DNA from: a virus
Lineage: Duplodnaviria > Caudoviricetes
Reading direction: 5' to 3' (one strand)
IMG/VR virus record: IMGVR_UViG_3300042268_000564
DNA length: 64,000 bases
Both the position numbers and the translations under genes were made by a program. This document shows, piece by piece, positions 28,244 to 38,900 of this stretch. How positions within the stretch are numbered: the first letter of the stretch is position 1; each line of letters opens with the position of its first letter. The notes under the pieces were generated by a model. That model was not told the DNA's origin. It saw only the letters and a list, made by a program, of their open reading frames with translations, and did not search any database.

Positions 28244-29911
28244 ATGGCTTTAAGTAATGCTTCACAAACCAAAAATATAACAATTGCATCTGCTAATTAC
28301 GGGAATTATAGCAGCACTTTTGAATTTGTTGTTAACCTGAATCAAGCCCCAGAAAAAACAATCCTTGTTACGCCTGCCGACGACGAAATTTTGATTGGTG
28401 ATTTTAGACCGATACTTTCATGGAATGTGCCAGCAGACCCTGAAATGCAAGATTTACAATTTCAAGTGCAGATAGACCTTGCCAGCACATTCGATTCACA
28501 GGTTGGCGGCTTGCCTCTTATTGTCGCTGACAGTAGTGTAAGTTATGATGGATTTGATTTTACATCGCCAGTGCCGTCTGGAAACGGCACTGCAAGCTAT
28601 CAGCCAATAGTAGATTTAGCTGATAAAACTGTTTACTATTGGCGAGTGAGGGCATTTGACGGGACAAGATATGGTGAATGGTCGGAGCCTAACAAATTAA
28701 CCATTGGCATTGTTGCTACAGAGATTAGACTTGTTGCTGATAGGGTGTATATGCCAGCGGCAAATACACTTGTGAATATTACAGCGTCTTATGTTGACAG
28801 ATTTGGAAACGTGGACGTTTCTTATCAAAACTTGCTGATTTTTGTTCAGTCGCAGACGGTAATGGGGGCTTTTAGCGACACGTCGGTTCTTGTTGTGGAC
28901 GGCGTGGCTACTACAAGTTATACGTCTACTGGGGTTTTGGGTGCGACTCATATAGAAGTTGTAAGTTCAATGCCTCACAACACCCTGATATTGCGTTCTA
29001 TTGTAATTGGCGAAGTCCCTATATTAATGACACCTCTCAATGGTCAAAGGTTGCCGAGCGAGACTAGACCAAGATTAACATGGTTGGTGCCTGATGATGC
29101 TCAGGGTGATTTGTTGCATTTCAAGGTTGAAATTTTTGATTCACCTCTCATGAGCATGGGTGATTTAATATATTCAGCAGACAGCAGGCTAGACGCTACT
29201 GGCTTTATACCTGCGATGCCAGTGCAGCCTCTTATTCCGTCTGCATCTCACGATGTGCAAATGGATTTGGTTGACGGGAAGTATTGGTGGCGTGTTACAC
29301 CATATGATAGTGCGTATAAAGCTGCATCAGAACCCTTTGTATTTTCAATGCCCGATGAAATGACGGTTGTTTCTAAGCCATTGGTGAGCAATAAGGCTGT
29401 ATCACAGGTCGTGGTAATGGCGAATGTTACTATTGAGCAGCGTGGTGAAAATTTGCCTGCGGAAGCCAAGCATTTTGTTACGAATATGGCTTTTGAACCA
29501 GAGGGTGAGATTATTTGGGAAGAGGTTACTGAAAAAGCAAAAGCAAGAGGACGTCATGTTTTCGAACAAAAAGATGTTCCAGCGCATGGTTGGGCTGTTG
29601 CAATAAAAACAGTCATTAAGGCGAATGAAACTACAGGGCAAATTTCGTTAAATGGGCATGGTGTAGTTTTTGACGGTGATTATGTTGGCACAGCAGATGA
29701 AGATTATATCGGCGTATTGTCATCAGTAACGCCAATAGGTTTTACAGCAATGCCTGTAGATAGTGGCGACTCTATTGCGCTTACATGGAGTTATGTGGAT
29801 TTGAATACCGATAATAGACGGGTTATTGATAAATTCATCATTGAGGTATTTAATCCTACTACTGGCGAGTATGAGCCGTATGACGGTGGCACTGGCGAGA
29901 TTATAGCGTAA
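28244..29911 (+). CDS. Multi Fn3/Ig-like structural protein
   Basis: Two complete W.VP.D...L.F.V...YxWRV domains, an invasin-like Ig domain and a terminal half-Fn3 (IALTWSY..KFIIEV). Confidence 0.7.
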   Translation: MALSNASQTKNITIASANYGNYSSTFEFVVNLNQAPEKTILVTPADDEILIGDFRPILSWNVPADPEMQDLQFQVQIDLASTFDSQVGGLPLIVADSSVSYDGFDFTSPVPSGNGTASYQPIVDLADKTVYYWRVRAFDGTRYGEWSEPNKLTIGIVATEIRLVADRVYMPAANTLVNITASYVDRFGNVDVSYQNLLIFVQSQTVMGAFSDTSVLVVDGVATTSYTSTGVLGATHIEVVSSMPHNTLILRSIVIGEVPILMTPLNGQRLPSETRPRLTWLVPDDAQGDLLHFKVEIFDSPLMSMGDLIYSADSRLDATGFIPAMPVQPLIPSASHDVQMDLVDGKYWWRVTPYDSAYKAASEPFVFSMPDEMTVVSKPLVSNKAVSQVVVMANVTIEQRGENLPAEAKHFVTNMAFEPEGEIIWEEVTEKAKARGRHVFEQKDVPAHGWAVAIKTVIKANETTGQISLNGHGVVFDGDYVGTADEDYIGVLSSVTPIGFTAMPVDSGDSIALTWSYVDLNTDNRRVIDKFIIEVFNPTTGEYEPYDGGTGEIIA

Positions 29912-29924
29912 GGGGAACGGGATT

Positions 29925-30923
29925 ATGCAAAAATCAATTAATTCATTTATATATGGCGATGCGTCGACACCTGTAAATAGCCTGTTGGTGACCAGTGTCC
30001 TTCAGCCTGTTGTCGTTTTGACGGCTTTTCCACAAACATACACGAATTCAGCGCAAGCATCTTTCCAATTCAGGGTTGACTCCCTTGAAGGAAACGTGTT
30101 GAACACTGCGACAGTTTATTATAGGCTTTCACCTACAGATGCTTATATTGATATCGGCTTAGAAAGAGAAATTCCTGTTTTTCAGGCAAATATCGGCTTA
30201 AATTATATAGATTTTAAAGCTGAAATAAATGGACAGTGGTCAGACATAGTAACTTATCAATGGACTGTTGATACAGCAGCACCTACTGTTGCTAGTGTTA
30301 CACCAATAAATGAGGCTAATGATGTTGGCGTGCAGACGCAGATTGAGATTACGTTTGATGAAAATGTGCAAGCCACACCAATTACACAAAATAATGCAAT
30401 ACAGATTCAACCGTCAATTGCAGGAAGTTGGACGGGTTCAGGGGCGACGTATACATTCACGCCGAGTGGACGTTATGAATATGCTACTGAATATACTGTT
30501 GTTGGCACATCTGCAATTAAAGACATGGCAGGCAATATTTTTACAAGTGGTGAAATATGTAGGTTCGCCACTATTGAGCGCACAAATGAAGCACCGTCAG
30601 CCCCTGATTTCGATGGGATTACGAATATAAGTAGAACGTCTGGGAAGAAGCCGCAGCTCATTTTTAATATTCCTGATGATGTAGACCTTGACCGCCTTCA
30701 TTTTACTGTAGAAGTGACTAATGTTGTTTCGGGACAGGTGAGGTTATTTGCATCATTAGTTTATCCTGACAGTTTTGTTTACTATCCAACTTCAGGCACT
30801 CGAACAGTTCCTTTCCCCACTACGGGGGTGGTTCCTATGAGTGGGAAAGTTGTATTTAAAACGCCGATAGAATTGGATTCTGGCGAATATGCGTTTAAAG
30901 TTTTTGCGGACGACAGGAGATAA
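29925..30923 (+). CDS. Ig-like (Big_5-type) structural protein
   Basis: DTAAPTVASVTP..IEITFDE..IKDMAGN; C-term IPDDVDLDRLHFTVE..YAFKVFADD. Confidence 0.7.
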   Translation: MQKSINSFIYGDASTPVNSLLVTSVLQPVVVLTAFPQTYTNSAQASFQFRVDSLEGNVLNTATVYYRLSPTDAYIDIGLEREIPVFQANIGLNYIDFKAEINGQWSDIVTYQWTVDTAAPTVASVTPINEANDVGVQTQIEITFDENVQATPITQNNAIQIQPSIAGSWTGSGATYTFTPSGRYEYATEYTVVGTSAIKDMAGNIFTSGEICRFATIERTNEAPSAPDFDGITNISRTSGKKPQLIFNIPDDVDLDRLHFTVEVTNVVSGQVRLFASLVYPDSFVYYPTSGTRTVPFPTTGVVPMSGKVVFKTPIELDSGEYAFKVFADDRR

Positions 30924-30926
30924 AAG

Positions 30927-32285
30927 ATGGGAACTCAATTTAATACACCTACGGTAGCAGCTTATCCAACATCTTTAAATCGTGTAGCTCCTGTAGCATC
31001 TATTGTGATGCCATCTACAACTATTGTTGGTGACAGAGATTTAACAATTCAATGGACAGCGGATAAGCCTGATTGTCGGTTTAAATGGGCTGTAACAGGT
31101 TCAACAAATCTTATTCCGTGGACTACAGCTTGGGCATATGATACGAGTGTTGTTTATTCTAATGTTCCTAATGGAAGTTACACAATTTCGGTTAAAGCAC
31201 TTGATGAGTGGGGGAATGAATCTATTGTTGCAACAAAAGCAATAGATGTTCGTAGAGAAATTATTCCACCAACTGTTTTGGCACCTTTGCAGGGTGATAT
31301 TTTGCCATCAGGCAATGTGGTATTTCGTTGCACTGTGCCTCGAAATGAAACAGGTGATTTATATCATTATGCTTTTCAGATTTTGGAAGAAATATCTGAA
31401 AGTCCGTTGCAGACTAGATATGTAGAGAATCAGCAATGGTTCGATAGTCGTGATGGATATGATGGATTCAGTTTTACATCGCCAGTGCCTGAAGATGCTG
31501 GTGGTGAGGTTAGTTTTACTAAGGCTCTTGATGTAAGAAAGAATTATTATTGGGCAGTGAGAATCAGCACTCTCAGAGCTGGGGTCGTGACCTATAGTGT
31601 TACTACACAGCCGCAAAGATTCACTGTGGGGGTTTTGGCTACAAAAATAATCCTGACAGCACAGCCGGGAGTATTAAGAGCTGATAACGTGACGAAGACC
31701 ACTTTACAGGCTAAGGCTGTGAATCCGCAAGGTCAGCTTGATGTTCAGTGGACGGGAACGGTGAATTTTTCTATTGCGTCGGGAACTGCGTCTTTCGCTC
31801 AGGCTAATATTGGCGTTGGTTTTGCGGGAGGAATAGCAGAAACAAAAATGACTGCTAATGTGGCGAATGTGGTTTCAGTTTCGGCGGCGAGTAATAAGTT
31901 ATTGAATGGAACGGCAAATATTCAGTTTGTGACAAATCGTTTACCTGAGAGTCCTGCATGGCACGAGGATAATTTGGCAGAGACTAATGAAATACGGGCT
32001 AAATTAAAAATCAATGTGCCATCTGATGCTGATAACGATTTGATTCACATGAGGGTTGAGTTGGACACAGAACCAACATTTGATAGTCCGAACAAGATTG
32101 TCGCTGAAAGCCGTTTCTCTACGATTAACTGGACATATTTTGACGGAACGAATGAGATTCCTTATCCAGTAAGTGGCGTGCCACAGGGTGTCCCTAACAC
32201 ATGGGTAGCGTATGATACTGGCGATGTTTTAATAGATGGCAAAAGATATTATTGTAGAGCGTCAGCATGGGATAATTGGCAATGA
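30927..32285 (+). CDS. Multi Ig/Fn3-like structural protein
   Basis: GSYTISVKALDEWGNES, DGFSFTSPVP..YYWAVR, an invasin-like LRAD segment, and VPSDADNDLIHMRVE..YYCRASAWD. Confidence 0.7.
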   Translation: MGTQFNTPTVAAYPTSLNRVAPVASIVMPSTTIVGDRDLTIQWTADKPDCRFKWAVTGSTNLIPWTTAWAYDTSVVYSNVPNGSYTISVKALDEWGNESIVATKAIDVRREIIPPTVLAPLQGDILPSGNVVFRCTVPRNETGDLYHYAFQILEEISESPLQTRYVENQQWFDSRDGYDGFSFTSPVPEDAGGEVSFTKALDVRKNYYWAVRISTLRAGVVTYSVTTQPQRFTVGVLATKIILTAQPGVLRADNVTKTTLQAKAVNPQGQLDVQWTGTVNFSIASGTASFAQANIGVGFAGGIAETKMTANVANVVSVSAASNKLLNGTANIQFVTNRLPESPAWHEDNLAETNEIRAKLKINVPSDADNDLIHMRVELDTEPTFDSPNKIVAESRFSTINWTYFDGTNEIPYPVSGVPQGVPNTWVAYDTGDVLIDGKRYYCRASAWDNWQ

Positions 32286-33223
32286 TAAATAATCTTGGCT
32301 ACGACAATTTATATGGGGGCATAACCTTAAAATGGTCTGTAGACAATCCTGCCAACTTTAACGGTGTAAGAGTATATTTGCAGGGTGATGATTTGACGCT
32401 GCTCGCTACATTGTCGAGTTTTACAGAGGATTACACCTACTTGATTCCACAAGCGGACAGGGGAGTTGTTTTAAACTTTGTTGTAGCATTATTTGTGGTT
32501 GATGATGTCGAGGCTGTTGAATACGAAGTAGCGACCATTCCTAACCCACCTGTTAATCTGTCTGGTGAATCAAAAGAAAATATGGCTATTTTGACATGGG
32601 ACTCGCCACAGGGCAAGAATATTAAAGGATATCTTGTAAAACGAGATGGCGAAGAATTGGGTGTTGCAGCAGCGGGGAAATATACCGATATAGGGAATTT
32701 TATAAAACCACCTTCCAGCGGAAACAGTTACACATACGACGTAGCTACAATTACCTATAATAATGAGCTTTCATCATTCCTTTCTGTTAATGTAACTATT
32801 GTTATTTCCGAAAGAACAATTCAAGAGAGATTATCTAAATCAGTTACAGTTGCAAAAGTTGATAAATATCGTATTTGTTCTGTTGATGAAGATGGCTCTC
32901 GTTCAAGATGGACTACATTCCGTAAGATTGATATGCCAAGTTTATTACCAGCGCATGAGATGCAATTCCGTATCCAAGCGATTACGACAACAGGGGCAAA
33001 GTCTTTGCCATTGGTGACAAAGTCGATAAAAGTAGATAGCAATTTTGAAGCAGGCGACTATCCGACATTTCGATTAAGGGTGATAGATGTAGATGGTTGC
33101 GAGTCCGATGCGATTGTAACGGTGGCTCAGGATTATCTCTGGCGACAAAAAGTATTGATTAACAGAAGTAATGATTTGTTAATTAATAAGTCCGATGAGA
33201 CTCTTGTCGGCAGGGAGTTGTAA
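32282..33223 (+). CDS. Fn3 protein with three tandem orphan C-terminal Fn3 hairpins
   Basis: ITLKW and AILTWD..GYLVKRDG Fn3 units, then KYRICSVDEDGSRS, MQFRIQAITTTGAKS and PTFRLRVIDVDGCES. Confidence 0.65.
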   Translation: MINNLGYDNLYGGITLKWSVDNPANFNGVRVYLQGDDLTLLATLSSFTEDYTYLIPQADRGVVLNFVVALFVVDDVEAVEYEVATIPNPPVNLSGESKENMAILTWDSPQGKNIKGYLVKRDGEELGVAAAGKYTDIGNFIKPPSSGNSYTYDVATITYNNELSSFLSVNVTIVISERTIQERLSKSVTVAKVDKYRICSVDEDGSRSRWTTFRKIDMPSLLPAHEMQFRIQAITTTGAKSLPLVTKSIKVDSNFEAGDYPTFRLRVIDVDGCESDAIVTVAQDYLWRQKVLINRSNDLLINKSDETLVGREL

Positions 33224-33226
33224 GTT

Positions 33227-35719
33227 ATGGCATCGGTTTATCATGATGAACAAAAAACAATAGACGGAATTCATATTCCTTACGCTTATGAATTTGCAAG
33301 TGCTGTTGCCAGAGCAAATGCTGTAGGCTTGTCTGCGGCTGACACGGGGAAATTCGCTCGCCAGATGGATGATAATTCTATTTGGATGCTTTTGACTCAT
33401 TCTCCGATTTTATGGGCAAGAGTCAGTTTTGACCCTTTGCATGTTCATGATACACCGACTTTGGTGGCTGGTAGTGGGGTTGAGATAGAGAATGACATTG
33501 CGAACAATCAAATAATAATCAAAAACATAATGCAAGCTATAACAACGCTTCAGAGTGGAAGCGAAAGCTTGGTTGTGCCGAGTTCGGGGATTTTGAATCT
33601 TTTGGGCACCAATATAGGTGTAGAATTATTGTTTGATGCACAGACAGAGACAGCAACGGTTAGCCTGACATTGTTGGAACATGCTTCTACGCATGGTATC
33701 GGTGGCAGTGATGAAATAGCAGGCTTGCTCACTAATGAACAAATAATGAAGCTTGATAATTTGCCTGAAGGCGCAGATGCCAATCAGAATGCTTTTTCTG
33801 TGATGGCGTTTAACGGACAGTCGATTCAGGCAAAAAATACAACAGATACGGTAGACTTTGCTATTGTTGGGGCTAATGTAGTTGCAGATAACACGACAAA
33901 TACAGTTACATTGGAAATCCCCGCTGTTTCGGGGGAGACAGGTCTTATTAACCATGCTGCAACACATCTTACAGGCGGTAGCGACCCAATTTCATTGGCG
34001 TCGAGTACTGCGGCGGGGCTTATGTCCGCTGCGTATGCTCAGAAACTTATAGGGATTGCCACCGGGGCACAAGTGAATGTTGTAGAGTCGATACTTGGCT
34101 CTGGTCATATTTCTGCAACTCAAGTCGGCAAACAAGTTACAATTAGTAGCAGCTTGCAACAAAGTGTAGCTTTGGCGGCAGGTTCTACGGGAGAGACATT
34201 GGTCAGCCCTTTAACTTCCGGCAGTAATTTATATTTTAAGCGATTAGTTCAGGGTGATGGAATTGTATTGAGTGCTGATAACGAAAAGATTACAATCAGC
34301 ACGTCATTCCAAGCGAGCGAGACATTGGCACCTCACGCTTCTCTGCATCAAACTGGCGGCACAGATGCGATTCCTGTTGCCAGAGGCGCCGCTGACCCTG
34401 CGGGTGCGCTTGATGGGCTAATGGCATCAACAGATAAAGACGCTATTGAGAGTTTGGGTGATTCATTGGTTTTGCATAGAACTGCTGATGAACATGAACA
34501 ATACATACACAATATGTCGCCAAGGCAGGTGAGCGCTAGACATACATATACGGATGGTGCATTATTTCAAACGTCTACGGGGAGTAATACGCCTGTAGAA
34601 ATTAATCTTGGCGGCACATCGGACGCTGTTGGCGCAATAGTCGTTAGGTCGACAAATGCTGCGTCTCGTGGTGATGGTGTAATACGTTGGGGGATTTATG
34701 CTGAACATGCTAGTTATGGTGCAGTTGTTGGTGTAGTGCCAAAGGGAGTCAGTTATGCAGGCTTTCACGCGAGAGTGAATGATTTTAGCAATAATAATGC
34801 GAGCGGTTATCAGGCAGATATAGACAAAACATCGAATGCTGGTAATTTGTTTTACGGCGCATCGGCAGGTCTTGGCTCTTTGATTAAGGTGACTGGGACT
34901 AATGCTGGTGCAACCCATGCAGTTAATGTGGCTACGGCTGGTACGGGCAGTGCTGCTTATTTTACTCAAAATGGGACGGGTAGAGGTGTAACGTCTTATG
35001 TCGCAAATAATGGCGATTCAGCTTATTGGGCGCAAATAAATGCTGCGAATACTAATACAAATGCATGTTTATTTTATGGTGTTCAGTATGGACTTGGTGG
35101 CGGGGTGCGTTCAGTTATCTCTAATGCATCAAATGCAGCTACGGCTCTTTATGTAAGGCATAACGGGATAGATGCAAGTTGGCTTGCCGATTTAACTCAT
35201 TCTGGAACGGGGAATGGTGTTTACATTAATGTTGCATCAGGAAGGCAGGCTTTGAGAGTTGCGCAGGGTGACGTGAATATCGTTAGCGGGAATTGTTATG
35301 TTGGCGGGACTCTTTCTAAGGCAGCAGGCACATTTTTGATTGACCATCCAGTTGACCCATATAATAAAGTTCTGAGGCATTCATTTGTTGAATCACCTGA
35401 CATGAAAAATATTTATGATGGCACGATTAAATTGGATGAATATGGAACAGCAACTATTTATCTGCCCGAGTATTTCAGTGCCTTAAATTCTGATTACAGA
35501 TGTCAATTAACGCCATTATGCGAGGCTATGCCCAATCTTTATGCTGGGAAGGTAAATAAAGATTACAATACGTTCTCGATTCTCGGCGGGGAGCCTAATG
35601 GCGAAGTAAGTTGGCAGATTACGGGGATTCGCAAAGATAAGTTTGCTTTGGCAAATCCTGTGGTTGTAGAAGAAGCGAAAGAGAAGCCGGGGTATCTGCA
35701 TCCAGAGCTGTTTGAATGA
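33227..35719 (+). CDS. Tail fibre protein
   Basis: Three HAxxHxxGGxDxI repeats, a Gly/Ala/Asn-rich beta-helix-like region, and C-terminal FLIDHPVDPYNKVLRHSFVESP..LPEYF..YRCQLTP. Confidence 0.75.
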   Translation: MASVYHDEQKTIDGIHIPYAYEFASAVARANAVGLSAADTGKFARQMDDNSIWMLLTHSPILWARVSFDPLHVHDTPTLVAGSGVEIENDIANNQIIIKNIMQAITTLQSGSESLVVPSSGILNLLGTNIGVELLFDAQTETATVSLTLLEHASTHGIGGSDEIAGLLTNEQIMKLDNLPEGADANQNAFSVMAFNGQSIQAKNTTDTVDFAIVGANVVADNTTNTVTLEIPAVSGETGLINHAATHLTGGSDPISLASSTAAGLMSAAYAQKLIGIATGAQVNVVESILGSGHISATQVGKQVTISSSLQQSVALAAGSTGETLVSPLTSGSNLYFKRLVQGDGIVLSADNEKITISTSFQASETLAPHASLHQTGGTDAIPVARGAADPAGALDGLMASTDKDAIESLGDSLVLHRTADEHEQYIHNMSPRQVSARHTYTDGALFQTSTGSNTPVEINLGGTSDAVGAIVVRSTNAASRGDGVIRWGIYAEHASYGAVVGVVPKGVSYAGFHARVNDFSNNNASGYQADIDKTSNAGNLFYGASAGLGSLIKVTGTNAGATHAVNVATAGTGSAAYFTQNGTGRGVTSYVANNGDSAYWAQINAANTNTNACLFYGVQYGLGGGVRSVISNASNAATALYVRHNGIDASWLADLTHSGTGNGVYINVASGRQALRVAQGDVNIVSGNCYVGGTLSKAAGTFLIDHPVDPYNKVLRHSFVESPDMKNIYDGTIKLDEYGTATIYLPEYFSALNSDYRCQLTPLCEAMPNLYAGKVNKDYNTFSILGGEPNGEVSWQITGIRKDKFALANPVVVEEAKEKPGYLHPELFE

Positions 35720-35943
35720 GGTATTTGATGTTTTTAAAGTGTAAAATCGGTGGGCTTGAATTGCAAATCGGACAAGATGAGCAAGAGACGGTAATGCGAA
35801 GGTGCTCAAACTGTTTTTATGAAGGGTGGACGTGCGAACATCCAAAAGCGGGGGAATGTCAGACAGCCATGCTTTATGGCGGGGAATTTAAACACTTCAA
35901 GGCAAAAGAAAAAGGGGCAGTAAGAGATGCTTGTTTCGTATAA
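35716..35943 (+). CDS. Small Cys-rich hypothetical protein
   Basis: ATGA overlap; CSNC..C..C. Confidence 0.45.
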   Translation: MRYLMFLKCKIGGLELQIGQDEQETVMRRCSNCFYEGWTCEHPKAGECQTAMLYGGEFKHFKAKEKGAVRDACFV

Positions 35944-38900
35944 CACAAATCAAAAGAAATTCAGAAAAGTATATTTTTTAAGCGGAAATCCTACGACAGG
36001 AAGCCGTGTGGTTCTTGACCCAAAAGATTTTTCTGAAATGCAGGATATTTGGCTCGAACAGCTTGATAATTTTGTTAAGGCAATTCGAGGTGTCGATAGT
36101 GGCGTTGTTGACGGTTGTGAAGTTGTAGTTCAGGCAAAATCGACGGGTGGTTTTGAGATTGTTGTAGCCCCCGGCAAGTTCTATGTGAATAGTACAATGG
36201 TGCAGCTTGTTCAGGCTCATGCAATAGATATTCCAATTCCATCATGGTCAGGTAATAAAGTTTTTTATTTTATTGCAAAACCTGTAATAAAGACGTTCAT
36301 CCCTACAGTAATTGGTGAACCCGGATTTTCCACATTGGCAGGACGACCTACCAGCAATAGGGCTGAGATAGCATTTGAACTTGAATTGGTTGATACATTG
36401 CCTGAAGATTGGCATGTTATATTTTGTGCTGTAAGAATTGGTGAAACTCTTGCCACGATTGATGACATTGAGATTCTTTACGATGACCGCAATGAATTAA
36501 TGGAAATGAAAGACATTCAAGAAGCTGCCGTTTATGCCAAGGCTCTTATTGATGAGCATCTTACGTTTTATTTTGACAAGCAGATTGTAGCTGAGAGTGA
36601 TGGCGTAACAACATCTTTTGAATTGAAATATCCAGTAATGGCAGGTTCAGAAGTAAAGGTTTTCGCTGATGACATAGAGATAACAAATTTCACCATTGAA
36701 ACCGTTGGCGATTGGCTTAATAATGAAAAACCAGTTTCGACGCTTACTTTGTCTGCGCCAGTGCAGGATAGTTTGATTATTAAAGCAAGTTATTTCCCTG
36801 ACCATCATGTTCAATATCTTTCAAGATTTAGATTTAGCGAGCATATAGGTGCAGAGTCAATTGACCACGATAATCGTTATTACACTGAAGCCGAGATTGA
36901 TGCATGGCGTATAACTCATAATCAAGATGTTGATGCGCATCCGACTCATGTTTTGTGGACTGATTTTAATGCTTGGGTTGAACAGCATACGTCGTCCACT
37001 ACGACTGACCATGACAATGCTTATACAAGAATCGGGCATGGACATACAATTGACGATGTAAATAATTTGCGTGGCGAGCTTGTTATGTTGTCTCAACAGA
37101 TAGGTTACGGTAGCGATGATTACTACATTGTTACTCAGCAGATAACAGAAAATGTGGACGGCGTAAATACATTATTCACCGTTTCAAATAGTTTGATTGA
37201 TTCTGGTGTAGGCTATGTAAAATCTGTAAGAGCGGATATCACAAACGATGCAGTTAAAAATCCTGCCGTATTAAAAGTGATTGATGCAACCGAAGAGTTT
37301 GAGACACCGTCGGTGGGTGCTTTTTCGGAGCCAAAGCTTTTAAGTCAGAGAAATTTGAATGGGAATCCATCAGCTTGTGTTCAATTGGATGATGAAGTGT
37401 GGGCTGTGTGGTCGGCAAAAGAAACAGAAGATATTTCCAGAATTTGGTTCGCTTCTTACAAGCAGGGTGATGGCTATTTTTCACCTGCCACGTCTACGGG
37501 CTTGCCGTGCAATCCTGACTCCAGAGTTTCGGCTACTGTAGTTTATTCTGTGAATCCTACAATAAATCAACGGATTGTAATTGTTTGGAATTACAATGAC
37601 CAGCTTTATTATTCTCATATTGATAAAGGACAGACGGAATGGATTAATGCGGTGCCATTGCCTAATACTTCCGGGGCAAGTGATGCCGCAGTATGTTGGG
37701 TTAATGATGGGGTAACAGCGTCTGGAAGGCTGCATGTTCTTTATACAAAAGAAGCTGGCACGGGTAAGATGGCGATTTACAAAAAGATGTATGAGATAGA
37801 CCTTCTTGAGGTTGATGACGAGGTTAATGTAACGTTTGGTGATATAAATGAGGTGCATCCTGTTATTGTGCAGGATACGAGCACGAGTAAGCGAGTTTGG
37901 TATGGTTGGATAGCCAGAGAAGAAAATGTTGGCGGAGATTATGATAATTCTTGCACTTTGAAATATAAAATTGTAGACAAGTATTCTCCAACAGTTTATC
38001 AGCCAGTTTCGGTGTTGGGTGGGATTTCTGATTTGAATATTGCCAGCGGGCTTTCTTTTTCACCTCAGCCATCTGGGATGTGGGTTCAATTTTCAGTGTT
38101 TGAGAGTGGTCAATTTAACATTTATTATCAGGAGTTTGATTTCGCAGGCTCAATAATAAATCCTAGAATTTATCTTGAAAAAGGGACACAAGTCTCGGCT
38201 GTGGTAAGCAGTGATAATGTTGTGTGGTCGATTTATCAGTATTTATCGTCGATTTATTATAGAGCGAGAGAAAATGGAGCAGGCGAAGTCAAGTGGAATA
38301 TTGCCACAAAAGAGCTTGAGTTTGAAAATGCACCTGTATCTATTCCCATTTTTGTGGACATTGCTGTTCCATTGCAGAGTCTTAATAAGCGTGTTTCTCG
38401 TTTGGAGAGTGATGTTGCTGATACAGAGGAATTGGTTGCGCAAAGAATTCGAGACGTAATTGAGTCTATGGGGCTGAATATTCCTCAAGAACGTATGAAT
38501 ATGATGCGTGAGAAGATGATTGTGGAAGCAAATACAGACATTGATTCAAGACGAATAGCTCTTAATTACGACAAGGTGATTTATAATAAATTTTTCGATG
38601 CTACGAGCGGTTTGCCAGATGGGATTAATTCTGTGGTGCTGAAGAATGGAAGTCCTGTATTATTTATAGAGTCGGGCTTAGTTCACGATTCTATGGGTAA
38701 AATTATTAATCCGACAGGACAGATTATGAAAATTTACACCAAAATTTATGATGTGGATTTCCTTTGTGATGGACATCTTAGAGTCGAAGCAAATGGTGAT
38801 ATTGAATGTTTGGCTTTCAGAATTACTTCTAAATTGACTAATACACCGAGTGACCCTGCCATTGATTGGTGGAATATTGCAGATGCGCAGCTATCACAAG

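Noticed and set aside
28544-31490. Near-identical ~30-bp pairs (TATGATGGATT..TTTACATCGCCAGTGCC near 28544 and 31458; also 24200 and 25607) as possible DGR template/variable repeats
   Set aside because: Too short, mismatches are not adenine-specific, both copies are in-frame paralogous peptides, and there is no reverse transcriptase in the window.
18060-32285. Frameshifts or decay as the cause of the truncated Ig/Fn3 domains
   Set aside because: Four independent genes stop at the same structural position and downstream genes have their own RBS or coupled starts, which fits conserved design better than random breakage. Not formally excluded.
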